Source of the DNA: Catajapyx aquilonaris
Lineage: Eukaryota
NCBI GenBank assembly: GCA_000934665.2
Contig: JYFJ02000514.1
Coordinates: 1-64,000 of the forward strand
DNA: 64,000 nt
Direction: 5' to 3'
Shown here: positions 21,492-33,631 of the stretch, piece after piece
How positions within the stretch are numbered: position 1 is the first letter of the stretch
Layout of the letters: every line of letters begins with the position of its first letter
Translations under genes and position numbers: made by a program
The notes under the pieces: generated by a model
Databases searched by the model: none
What the model was told of the DNA's origin: nothing
The model's input: the letters and a program-made list of their open reading frames with translations, nothing else

Positions 21492-22420
21492 GTTGCAGTA
21501 TGTAAACTCAGCCATTGCTTTGTCCCAACTCATCTGTTTGCACAGAGCAAAGGAATAATAAAAATGGCAAGTGATACAAGCTGTAATGTAATTCCTGGTC
21601 ATGCATTTTGCAGAAAGGAGCCCTTCCAGGATAGGTTTTTCTGTGCCTCATGATAATTTTTTAAAGAGCTGATTCCTTACAACATTTAATGGAAAAAGGA
21701 AATCTTGTTTAACTTGACTATTTACATTTTGAATGGTGACATCCAGGTTTGAAATGACGAAAGCATCTCCCACAGGATCAATTTGTAGCTATGCACCATA
21801 ATTTTATGGAAGATTGTATTATAATTTTGTTCAACCAAACCGACTATTTTACTTGCTGTGAATTTTATGAGTGCAAATTAAACTGCAAAAAAATAAAGCA
21901 GGAGCATGCTCAATAAATAGACCTGCAATTACTCGTGAGGATATTTTTGAGAGAGAAAAACTGACCACGGTCATTCAAGAATGCAATTTAAATGTTCAAA
22001 TCTGGTACATCACATTTATTTGTTCGCAATAATTATGAATCCAGATAACTGCCACTAATATTAATCATGACTCACCTGGCAGTTCATCATTGCTTTCTTT
22101 TTGATGGAATTAAGTGCAAGTAAAGCAAGGACACACTTTGTGAATGGTCCCTGGGAAAACAAAGCGTACCACCAACAATATTTTCAAATGCTATTAACTA
22201 CTTAAGTGCTGCCGGAATGTAAAGATCTGATGTCAACTGGTGACACCAAAGCAGTGCTTTAAAAAAAGAAATATCCACAAAACACTAGTGACTCAAAGGA
22301 CGACATGGACTGCTTTAAAAAACCTCTGTATGAAAATACTTGTGCCAGTGTGGATAACGACAGAGAAGCACTGGGAAATGGAAGTTGCCATTGTCTTGGA
22401 AGATGTGTTGTCAGTCTTCT

Positions 22421-24500
22421 TCAGCTCTGCTTGCCAATTTCCACCTTTTTGAACAGCTCAGTAGCGGTGAAGATGAAGGAATCAATGATCCCCGCCACAG
22501 TGAAGGTTCCGCCAACAATGGCACATACCTGCAGTAACACAAGTTTTTTCTGACAACAGTTCTCGTAAAGAATTTGGGTGGACTTACGGTGGTAAGGAAC
22601 GTAAAAAACGGCTGTCTCTTCTCGTGATACTTGACAGTGATTGGAGTCAAGTCATATCTGAACCAGATTGCTGGAATTATCTTGCCTGTGTGGCCGAATG
22701 AGATGTAGCTCTGGAAAAGGATTTGGCTTGAAGGTATCTGAATTCCTGTTTGTTACAGAGCATTCCTTCAAAGCCACTTACTCTGTAAGCATAAGTGTAC
22801 TGGTAGGACACAAGGGACTTTCCCCAGAGATCTTCATAGAGAGTAGGCACAATCTTCATTACATATTCGTGTGAATTAGCAGCTGGAAAAATGGGAAGAG
22901 TGAAGTTGAACCCAGCTTGAAGACAGCTTTGCTGAACGTTTGCTTACGATTCCCGTTGAGTTTCTCCCTCCCTCCGAGAGGATTGAAGCTTCCGGGGACA
23001 TGTGGGTTGTCGATTTTCTCACCAAACCAAACATTATGCACCTGGTGGGAGAAGTCTATATCGTCTGGCTGTTCATTGGCCGAGTGAGTTGATACATGGA
23101 AGTTACCTGCACAAATGAAACATAACGTGAATTTGCCCATAAATTTTATCAGAAAAAATATCACCTCAATATGCTTCCTTTCAGAGAAACTTGTTCAGTT
23201 TCTTACCTGGCACTTTGTTAATGAGGAAATGGGCCTGGAAGTTGCATCCCGCTCCGTCGCCCAAAGGAGTCTTAACTACATTCTCCACAAATCCAACCTC
23301 ATGTCGGCCCAGCTCATCCTGTATATCCAAACCCACATCTGAAATAATTGAGAAGTGAGTAATCTTAATTTTGTTTCGCATTTTGTAGATATTAGGACTT
23401 ACAATCACACTTTAGCCTTGGAAGGGATATGTTGATGTGGACTGGGATCCTGTCCTCCGTGTTACCAGGGTTGTCCACAAATAGCTCGGAAACACTGCCA
23501 AATTTTTTTTAAAAAAATGCACAGGTTTAAATACGGAATGGTTTGTTAGTAACTTCTCTCTAAGGAGTTTATTATTTATTAATTACTTAGTTGTACCCCC
23601 AGAGTTAATTAAACCTGGCAAAATATGAAGCCTTCATATTATCGCTCATTAATACTTTTATCAGTGGAGCGGTTTCTTATCTGCATCATAATACATGCAA
23701 TAAAGGCAGGAAGTTATGGGAACCTGTTCGAATAACTGCTGCTTTTGATAGTCATTGCATAATCAATGCCTGCTATTGTGCAGATATTTATGTGAACAAG
23801 TATGCGCTGCAACCAGCACAGCCATTTACGGGAATAGAAACAGGAAATCTGAAGGACACCGGGAAGGTTTTCCACAAATTATTCATTGGCATCAGGAACA
23901 AATAAAATGGAAACCTGAGATAATTTGTATTTCATAACAATTAACCATAATAACTATTTTCACCAATTCATTAACAAACATGTGGCAAATGGCACCACAA
24001 CAGCAACTAAAATTTCTGGATTAAAAAATTGAGAAAAGCAATCGATAAGGTTTTGATAAGATTACTCTGAATGCATACGAATAGGACAATAATTATAATG
24101 TAAGAGAACTGTATTGCGACACTGTGGTTGTGTAATAACTTGCTTTTTCCTTCATTTCTGCAATACCTTCTCTCACTTTCCTGAACCAATTAATTTGGTG
24201 GGAAGAGAGAAAAAAAAAACCCATTGCTCACAGCTCCGTGTTGATGAGCCTCATGAACTCTGAGATGAAGAGCAACCCCATGAATCCGCAGCAGCAGACA
24301 GAGATGATGGCCCCTGTCAAGGTGGGCTGGGTCAGGTCCTTGGGCACCTTTCGGTATATGTCGAGTCTGCAAAATAAGGGCAATGGAAGTCAGCGAATAC
24401 GGTACCGTATCAGACGCTTCCGCAGCTGTCAGCCCCGTTTCCCTCGTCAACAGAGGGGCGTCCGAACCAGCGGGTGTTACCGTTTGACGTCGAACCCCAT
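22421..24500 (-). CDS. ERGIC1: ER-Golgi intermediate compartment protein 1 (ERGIC-32), multi-exon
   Basis: MGFDVKR|LDIYRKVPKDLTQPTLTGAIIS, ELFVDNP, VGLDIQDELGRHEVG, INKVPG|NFHVSTH, YDLTPITVKY, C-terminus KKVEIGKQS*. Confidence 0.93.
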
Positions 24501-24650
24501 CCTGCTTCGACGGAGAGTCCGGCTAAGGGCGGAGACGGAAGCGGTGTGCCGTAAATCGGAATAAAACAGGCGGAGGCAGGGGCCACATCAGCTGCCAGGC
24601 GCCATGACAGGTTTCGGTGTTGCCAGATGAAGCAACAGGCAGGGACGGAA

Positions 24651-24669
24651 CGTGGTGCGCCCCCATTGG
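24651..24669 (-). promoter_or_regulatory. ER stress response element (ERSE-I), CCAAT-N9-CCACG
   Basis: Minus strand reads CCAAT GGGGGCGCA CCACG, an exact consensus with a GC-rich 9-nt spacer. It lies between the divergent ERGIC1 and PERK starts. Confidence 0.7.
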
Positions 24670-25206
24670 TCCAACCCCTGCCGCAACAATGAGACCCTGC
24701 CATGGATTGCATTTACCCCGTTGTCAATCCAGTTGTAGCTGAATCCGTCCAAGAGGCCGTTCAGTCCGGAACCGACCGACTAAAAATCCTCCACCTGCAC
24801 AAGAATGCCGTCTGCTTTCCAGTCCTGCCAACCGTTCTAGTAGGGGCGAATGGAGGATGGCCATCGAGAACATTCCGCGGTTGGCTCCCCTGTGCTCATG
24901 ACATCACCCTTTTCCCCCTTCCCTCCACCTCCACCTCCACCCGTAGAACGTAACGCGACGAGACTTGATCGTCTTCTGTCCTCATGTGACGATCCGTCGG
25001 TTGGATGCCGTCGAGCTGGAACCTGCTGCGTCGTCGCCTTCTTATTCCAATAACACAATTAGGGGCACTAGAGGAGGCGAAAGGGAGAATAAGGTGTGGT
25101 GTTCCATCCATCCATCCTGCCTGGAGACACAACCATCATCAGAAGAAGATGGGGCAGGCTATGAGGAGGATGGACCAGTGGTAGGGAAGAAGAAAGTGTT
25201 GTGGTG

Positions 25207-28200
25207 ATGGCCAGGGGATGGGTGTGTGCGGTTGGACTGGCCGCAACCGTTGGGGTGCTGGTGCTCTGCGGGAGGGCAGTGCTCGGAGGAGGAGCCGGAG
25301 AGAGGGACCACACGCAGCTGCCCTACTGTCCACCCAGGGCGCAGGATGACTCCTTCAGGGGGACATCCAGAAGCAGGTATGGAATGCCTGCCAAAGTCCA
25401 TTTCGGAATGGTTCATGGTTACATGCTTGAAACATGTGCCCGCAGCATCCCTTTTGTTTACATATCTGCGGTACCTTTCGTGGCGTCTGCGTAATAATTA
25501 GCTGCAGGTGACATGTTTGGGAACAACATGCAGCCTGACAGTTATTACATAAGCAAGCATAATCAGACTGCTTGACTCATGATGTTGCTATTGACTCAGA
25601 CACCTTCTCAGGCACGTGCTTCCTGAACAGTGGCAACATAGCCGATATGATCATTGCAAAATGATTTGACGAATTATTGTCCTCTGCTCATGCTGATTCC
25701 TTAATGTGGATTACCTCTTAGCTAGGTTTTAATAAGAGGTGAGAATCGTAGGTTGTGTGTAACTTTGGTGCAATGGAAACACACAATGTTCAGTTCTGAT
25801 CACTTGACCCATCGTGACTGCTGAGCAGGTCAGGTGGGTGGCAATTAATGGAAATGAGTTTTATTGAAACCCTTCAAGAGGGCATAGGAAAGATTTCCAT
25901 TATAATTGTGGTGCCAGTGGCAGGGGAGAAACAAACTATACCTAATCCGACAAGTCTGGCACATTAGTGTGCAACATGTTCTCTCTTATCATTACTGATA
26001 CCCATATGTCAGCCTTGCTTGCACAGTGATGTTTGCAGTATGATCATGGTTTTTCAGATTATTTAATGAATTGGCCAACTTGGATACCATTCATCCTCTG
26101 TGGGATCATAATATTTGAGTGGCGAAATAGTTGCTTGAATCAAGGGGGAAATTTGAATGCTTTATGATGCTTTGAATTTCTGATCCATTTATCACTTCTA
26201 AATATCACCCTGGATGTTTATGTTGCTTACCAATGATGTATGCCTTTGATGCAGTCACATACTTTGGCAATACCTTGAATTTATTCAATACATACTTTTT
26301 TCACAAATACGTTATTAGGTACTGTGTCACATGGTCTAAAGTTACTTGTAAGCATAATATATAGCTTATGCTATTAGGCAATGAATGGCAAGCAAGTACA
26401 GTGAGACCTGTGTAAAGCGGAATTGCAAGGGACCTGAAACATAGTCCACAATGACCAGGTTTCCACTACAGCCGTCAAAAATACATTCCATGTCGTATGC
26501 CCATTTTAATAAATAATTCCTGCAAAGGACAAGTTTCTGCTCTACTCAGGGTCTATTATGGATAGCAAATCTGAAGTATTGTGCGAATATCTTGGAAATA
26601 AATTCCAGTGGACAGGTTTAACCATATTTCGATTTTCCTTCCAAGATATATGGGCAATGCTTCAGATTCCCCCCTTACGTTTCTTTACAAAAAATAGACG
26701 AAAACAAGTGCAGCTGCAAGTCTCAGAAGTTACTATGGCAGCCAGACCAAGGTTATGTAATGATGCATGTTATTATCATGGCATGCACCGACTTCTAAAT
26801 GACAACAGAGTAGCATGTGATCTTAGTTAGTGAAAGGGACAGGAAGTGATCCATGTTATCAGTTTTAACCATATAGTGGATGATTTTTTGTTAGTTTAAA
26901 ACATCTTGAATAGCGAAAGCATAATTTCACCTGAAGCAGGATTAGAAATTCTGCCACACAAACTCGTTTTTGAAGCAAATTGGGGGCTAAAGTTAGATGT
27001 TATGTTGACATCCGACTTTGACCCATAATACGTAATTAGAATATTTCAGAGTTGGTCAGAATGTTAAGTAGAATATTTCATTATACTGTAAGGTGACGAG
27101 GAGATATTGCAAGTGACATTGCAATGTCATTAGCTTATTTTAAAATTGGCATGGATTTCATCATCAGTCAGCGATAATGTCTTGGAGTTATGTTTCCTTG
27201 CTGATACGGGAGAGAAGGAAAGAGAAAAAAGACTTGTGATAAGGAACGCCGCTGATGACGTCACGTTGACGCCCTTCTATGTTCTTACTGCATGTGGCTT
27301 TGCCGTATTGGTGTCAACCCCCAGGGTACGCACACTCAAAATAATATGCCATAAAAATTGACAGGGTATGATAAAGCAAAGTGCAAGTCAGGGTCTGTAC
27401 TTCTGACATTGTCGGCAATGCTCATGATGCCTATTCTTTTTGAATAAAATATTTTATTGCATGTCTTTTGCATTGCAGGCCACTTGTCTTTGTGAGCACA
27501 CTGGACGGCACCTTCTCAGCTCTGGATCCTTCCAATGGAGGGGCCTTGATCTGGAGTGTGGAGACCACGCCCGGAGACATGCTTTCTTCTAGTTTGAGCA
27601 CCTTGGAGTACTCTCACAAAGGGGAGAAGGTCCGCCTCATCCCATCATTACACGGAGCTCTTTATAAGTTCAATGGGGAGCGCATCGAGCCTGTTCCGTT
27701 CACTGCAGAGACACTTCTTCAGTCATCGTTCAGGTATGTTCAGGGGAAGAAAACAACCATGTGTAATGTGCCCAAATAAAAACTCTCTTGCCTTATTTGT
27801 CGATCAACAGTTAGGATGTTGTACTGTTGATTAGTTGAATTCTAGATTACGATTACTTAATGTAACGTGTTTTGTTGCATTTACAGATTCTCAGATGACA
27901 CCATAGTGACTGGAGGCAAGGAGAGTCGCACATATGGAATAGACCCAGACTCAGGTCAGCTCAGGTACGAGTGCGCCATGGAAGGATGCAGGAACAACAG
28001 TGCCTCACCTGTGTCCCACGAGGAAGTGTTGGTGCTTCGGAGGCAGACCCAGACAGTGAGGGCTGTCGATCCCAGGTCTGGTGCAGAGAGGTGGAACTTT
28101 AGCATCGGACAACATGAACTCATGTTTCTGGGGAAGGACGGCTGTGTGTCGGAGGAAGAAGGAGAGGAGGAAGTGGAGGGAGTGGTGGTGGTGGTGCCAG

Positions 28201-31200
28201 AGGGACTGGTGTTTGGGGTGGGGGGAAAGGGGGAGATGGGCTGGAAGCAGAGGTTCAGCAACCCCATCGTACATGCCTGGCAGTTCCAAGGGGGCAGGCT
28301 GAGGCAGCTCAACCTGTTTGGAGCCCCGCCTGCGGATGGAGGGTTGACTCCGCCAGAAAACAGTCACTCGCCCATGCTCTACATCAGAAGCTACAACGAC
28401 ATGGTTGGTTCTAAATTTATTTAGCAATATGTGGACACTGCATCTGTACTTTAACTGATGGCATATTACATTAAAGTTGAGCGCTGTATTTTCAATGCGC
28501 CTAAAATGTGTCGCAAGTGCCAATTATGACATGAGTCTGAACAATGATATTTCTTTGTACAACCAAAATTACCACAAAGTACTGGACAATTCACGGAGAG
28601 ATGGCCGACTGCATATTTACATAATCTGACGTAATCTGAACTTTCCCTCTGAATTTGAGTTAATATAAATAGTTCTTAGCAGCCCCATATTTTTATTTTC
28701 GTTACGTGTATTCTTTGCACTAACAGGTGTAATCGAATTTTTTTCTCAGATGTACATCCAAGAGACGAGGCGTTTGGGCATGGCTGCAGCAAGTCTTAAC
28801 TGGCCTCAGCTGACTTGGAAGCCATACGTGCCGCAAGAAAACAATCCGCAACTGCTGGAGCACCATTCTTCACCTATTGGAGACAATAAGCCAACCCGCA
28901 GCACTGCGTTAACAGTTCTGGCAGATGCTAGGCTCCCTTCCAGTATGCTTCTTTTATCATCGTGCACTGCACCTTAACGCTTAAAAGTTAAGGACACGCT
29001 CACCCACTTGGTTCCTGTGCTTTTCAGGTGGTGGTTTCTTCTTGTACTCAACCCAAGAAGAGCAGCAGACAGACCAGATGACAAATGGGACAGAAGAGAA
29101 GTGCGAGAGGGAAGGACGAGAAAAAGAAGGCGATGCAGAGGACGATGACATTGAGTTTGACGAAGCTGACACACCCGTTGAGATCATAATAGTGGGCCTG
29201 GGCTTCTGGTGGAAGGAAGTCCTCATCATCAGTGTCACTTCAGCAGTGGTGATGAACGTGATCATCACCAGGCCGATCCTCCGCCAGATGAGACTCGAGC
29301 TCATCAGGGATATTACCGCAAATGTCATGAGATTCATGGCTGGACAACGCACCAGGGTGAGCTGGATTAATTTATGGCGTCTAGGTTAAAGCAGGATTGG
29401 GGCTGATAAAATGCCGATTCTCTGGATTTTGTCGTAAAGGTTACAGCTTCTTTCCTAATGTACATTTTTTGTCCATCCTAGGAGATAGTGGTGATCCCTC
29501 TTACCCATACCCCTTCTCCTTCTACCCCTTCCATCCCGAGCTCCAGCACAGCAACAAACTCCACCCACCTCACGAAAACCCAGAGGAGCACCTCTTCCAG
29601 TTTGACCTCATCCGCCTCCGAGTGTGAGTTCAGGTCGCGCTACCTCCAAGACTTTGACCCTATCCGGTGCATGGGAAAAGGAGGGTTTGGCCTGGTTTGC
29701 GAGGCTAAGAACAAGATAGACGACTGCCACTATGCCGTCAAGCGGATCTGCCTGCCGCAGAAGGAGGAGAGCAGGCAGAGGGTGTTGAGGGAGGTGAAAG
29801 CACTGGCCAAATTGGAGCACACCAACATCGTGCGGTACTACAATGCATGGGTCGAGACTCCACCTCCAGGGTGGCAGGAAAGAATAGACAGGGTGTGGCT
29901 GGCCAGGTAAATCTGCTTATTTTAAAAATATTTATCTAAAAATCTTCTCTTCCTAATTTGGGATCTGTGAATTTTTCAGTGAGGGCTGCAATGGTAACTC
30001 TGGTTGGGAGACCGGCTTAACCTCGAAGCTGTCCTCCTTCCCTTCTCCAAAGGGGAATTGCACAGAATCAAGCTCAGCACAGGGCAAGACTGACGCCTGG
30101 GTTGAAAACGAGAAGCAACTGTGGAGCAAGACCAATGGGTTCATCCCAAGCAGACAATCGCTCGACAACACACACTCCGAGTCTATTGTGTTTGACTCCA
30201 AGTGCACTGGAGACGGGCCTCACAACAACAATAATAACAATGACACAGAGGCCAAGTCGGAGGAGTTCATTATGTTTGGAAGCCGTACCAGTTCGCCATC
30301 GTGCAATGGTGTGGTGGTGAATAGCAGTGTTGTAGAGTGCAGTGAGAGTTCTGCATTGCCGTGCAAGGCATATCTGTACATACAAATGCAGCTGTGCAGG
30401 AAGGACAGCCTGCAAGACTGGATGAAGTCAAACGAAGGGAGGGACCGGATGGAGGCCTTCCACATGTTCAGTCAAATTGTGCATGCCGTAGAGTACATCC
30501 ACCTGCAGGGACTCATCCACAGGGATCTCAAGGTGAGCTGGCGGAAAATGTCACAACCGATTTATACGTTGCATATGAAAGCCTGTCGACTTCAAATATT
30601 GTCTCTACTTTGCAGCCCTCAAACATATTCTTCAGCCAAGACGGGCTCATTAAAGTGGGCGACTTTGGCCTTGTGACAGAGACGCCAGAGCGAGAGGAAG
30701 AGCTTATCGATTCATACTTGTCGTCGTCTAGCCACGACGGCCACTTGATCAGACGCCACACTGACAGGGTTGGAACACTCCTGTACATGAGTCCCGAGCA
30801 GGAGAAGAGGAAGCCCTACAACCACAAGGTGGACATCTACTCGCTTGGACTCATCCTGTTTGAGCTCCTCGTCCCATTTGGCACCCAGATGGAGAGGATC
30901 CAAACCATGACTGCTCTCAGGAGGATGGAATTCCCATCGAACTTCGGGGAAAACTTCTCACAGGAGGTCTGTAGGCGTAATTATTGCTTGCATCGACTGT
31001 TGAAAGTGTGCAGATTTTAGAATTTCCATACATTTTAAAACATGGGTTTTTCTTTGCAGCACAAACTACTGGATAAAATGTTGTCTCATGATCCGGATGA
31101 GAGACCTACCACTTACGGCATCAGGGCTAGTCCGACTCTCAGAGACTTTCAGGTATGGGTGACCTAGGCTGGGTTGCATAAACGATGGTATATCCCGAAC

Positions 31201-31428
31201 AAGTAATTAAATCACGTGGGATCAACCACTTGTTCTGGGTTCCACTAGTTTTCGCAACTTTTAATATAATTTGAGCTGACACAACCGGGGCGTATCCATT
31301 CGACCAATATTGATTGATGAATGTTTCAACAGGACCAGTCGACCCTGAGCGACATTCCAGCTGAGATGCACTTCAGCCTACCTCACAGGACGCCGCCAAG
31401 TCGAAGTTCATCTGGCTCCAGCGCATGA
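25207..31428 (+). CDS. EIF2AK3: PERK / eIF2-alpha kinase 3; exons ~25207-25376, 27479-27733, 27887-28403, 28750-28942, 29028-29356, 29482-29906, 29980-30532, 30616-30966, 31060-31152, 31333-31428
   Basis: Signal peptide; IRE1-like luminal domain ([24 protein letters not shown]); transmembrane segment after FWWKEV; kinase GKGGFG, YAVKRI, insert, [41 protein letters not shown]. Confidence 0.96.
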
Positions 31429-32659
31429 TCATTCCCAGTAGTGTACATGGACACACGTGACCCAGTGCGCACATGTAACTTTTAGAAGTTAACCCAGTGT
31501 AAGCAGGATTTTATTCCGCAGGAGAGTGAGATCCATTTTCAGTGGAACTTGTATAGTTTTCATTTTGTTTGTTTGTCTGTCTGTCTGTGTAGATGTGTCC
31601 CCTCTTTTTAATTTATGCCTGCCATTATTATTAGCTATATTGTGATATTTTTATAGCTTCACAATGAGTCACCAGTTGATCATGTCACTACGAACTGACT
31701 GTACATAATTATGCAAAGAAAGAAATGGAATCAATGTAACCAAGAGCTCTTGATGTAACATAGTTTTTCGCTGTTTCCTCTCCATCTTTTGCAGTCATCG
31801 ACAGAAGTGCGGAGCAGGTAACGGACTGACAAGTTGCATGTTGTGGGGTGGAAAGCCGGTAACCCTTGCGTTGTTAAACTGGCCCAGCCTAACTTGCCAT
31901 TGATCTAGTTTACCAACTAGTCAACTGAAATCTACGGAACGTCTCGAATTGGGGCGCCATGCCGCCAGTGTTGCCAACCGCCATTAGTGACGCAACATTC
32001 GCATGATGACCTAAATACCGTGACTTAACTCCCTTATGAAATTATTAAATAAGCATACATAATTATGGTTTGCATTCCGCGTTAAAAGTGGCATTAGATT
32101 TCCCTCCATTGTTGCCAATCGCATAGAGAAAGGAAAAGATGGCGGTTGGCGGTCCGTAAACGAGGTGGTCTCTTCTTCTGGAACGTTCGGGTCTTCGGGA
32201 AGAAGAGTCCTCCTGTCGCAGCCTCTCTCTGGACCTCTGGATCCCTGGACCGGTATGTATAGTCCCCGAGAGAAGGTTGGGGTAGGGAGACTGGACAGCC
32301 ACACCAAGTGTCACCTGACACCATCACAGACAGAATGTTCTATCGGCCAATATTTTAGGGTTCGATGGAATAAAAATCCTGGCAGGGGCAATTAATGTTA
32401 AACAAGTGGAAAATATGTGTATTATGCACTGACAAGTTAGTGCGGAAGAGGAGCTGGCTTGCGTGGTACTGGCTGATGGATGTGCACTTACTTTCAGTGT
32501 GACCTTTGCTCCTGCCTGACAGCAAGGTAGCCAGCTGAGGAGAGGAGTCTGGGAGACATTTCTGCCTGTCTACATTTGAATTGACTCGCATCACATCCGG
32601 TAGACTTGTGTCGTGTATTGCCACTTGTGTGCAACACATAGGTTGTCATCATTACCAGG

Positions 32660-33631
32660 ATGGCTGGCAATCTCACTGCATCTCCATTTACCAGGAAAGA
32701 AATTGTAGACCTGGTGAAGTCGGCTAAAAGTAGAGCTGAGGGTGTTCGACTCTGTCGCCAAAAGGTTGAAATGTGGACACACCCAGACACTTCTGAAAAG
32801 CACATGGATGTAATTAATAAGTCAATACAAAAAATCGTGTCCGATTACAATAGAAGGTGGCAAGCTTGCCACAGATCCATGAATCGTTTTGAGTTGAAGA
32901 ATAAGGGATGGATGGACAAGGTTCTTCAAGTGCCATGTGCTTGTCATCCGAAAGGTCAGCGTCCCTCAACATGTCAGCCCATTGGCAGACCTCGTCTTTC
33001 ATACGAGGGCAAATCAGCCACCTCCAAGAGAAAGGACGCTTCTGGACTGGCACACCGTGAAGGATTGAATGCATCAAGGCTCATAAGAGCTGCAGAGACA
33101 GCAGCCCGATTGACTGGTCAAACAGACACAGCAGCCATTTTGAAGCAATTGGGGGCTACTCCTGAGCGTTCAGGTGAAATGAGAAAGAAATTGCAAGAGG
33201 AAAAGAAGGATATCATTCCATACACACCCCAGGAAGCATTGCAGCTTATGACTAAACTTTCCCTAAGCAAAAGGCAATATTCACTGCTTCGTCAAGGAGC
33301 AAAGGAGAGAAATGCCAATTTATATCCATCTTATCACAGGCTCATTGAGGCAAAAGCTAATTGTCACCCTAACCCACAGCATGTTATTGACAATGGCATT
33401 ACTGACAATAGTGATGCTGACCATACTGATTCTGACCATACCGATGCTGACCATAACGTTACTGACAGATCCATTACCTACCAAATCATTACTGACCATA
33501 CTGTTTTTGGCAGTATCATGACTGACCATACCATTACTGGCAGTACCATGACTGACTGTAGCTTGACTGACAGTGACATGACTGACTATATCGTTCCTGA
33601 CATGCCAGTTGAAGTTAATTTGCACATATAA
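32660..33631 (+). CDS. Transib transposase-derived protein: N-terminal and DNA-binding part, no DDE catalytic core, acidic pentapeptide-repeat tail; 323 aa, single coding exon
   Basis: RRWQACHRSMNRFELKNKGWMD, GRPRLSYEGKSATSKRK (RAG1 nonamer-binding-like GRPR) and YTPQEALQLMTKLSLSKRQYSLLRQGAKERNANLYPSYHRLIEAKANCHP match recalled Transib/RAG1 blocks. Splice acceptor at 32641. Confidence 0.75.
   Translation: MAGNLTASPFTRKEIVDLVKSAKSRAEGVRLCRQKVEMWTHPDTSEKHMDVINKSIQKIVSDYNRRWQACHRSMNRFELKNKGWMDKVLQVPCACHPKGQRPSTCQPIGRPRLSYEGKSATSKRKDASGLAHREGLNASRLIRAAETAARLTGQTDTAAILKQLGATPERSGEMRKKLQEEKKDIIPYTPQEALQLMTKLSLSKRQYSLLRQGAKERNANLYPSYHRLIEAKANCHPNPQHVIDNGITDNSDADHTDSDHTDADHNVTDRSITYQIITDHTVFGSIMTDHTITGSTMTDCSLTDSDMTDYIVPDMPVEVNLHI
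33386..33610 (+). repeat. Degenerate 15-bp tandem repeat x15 (consensus ACTGACCATACCATT) encoding T-D-x-x-hydrophobic pentapeptides
   Basis: Fifteen exact 15-nt registers with no indels and no in-frame stops. Confidence 0.9.

Noticed and set aside
19520..24126. CACAGTG (19520) and CACTGTG (24120) as Transib TIRs or RSS heptamers
   Set aside because: No extended inverted similarity, no 5-bp TSD, they flank host genes, and they are far from the Transib-like ORF.
26399..26625. Degenerate pogo/Tc1-like MITE in PERK intron 1 (similar single ends at ~45273 and ~55925)
   Set aside because: The ends are too decayed or unpaired to define boundaries with confidence.
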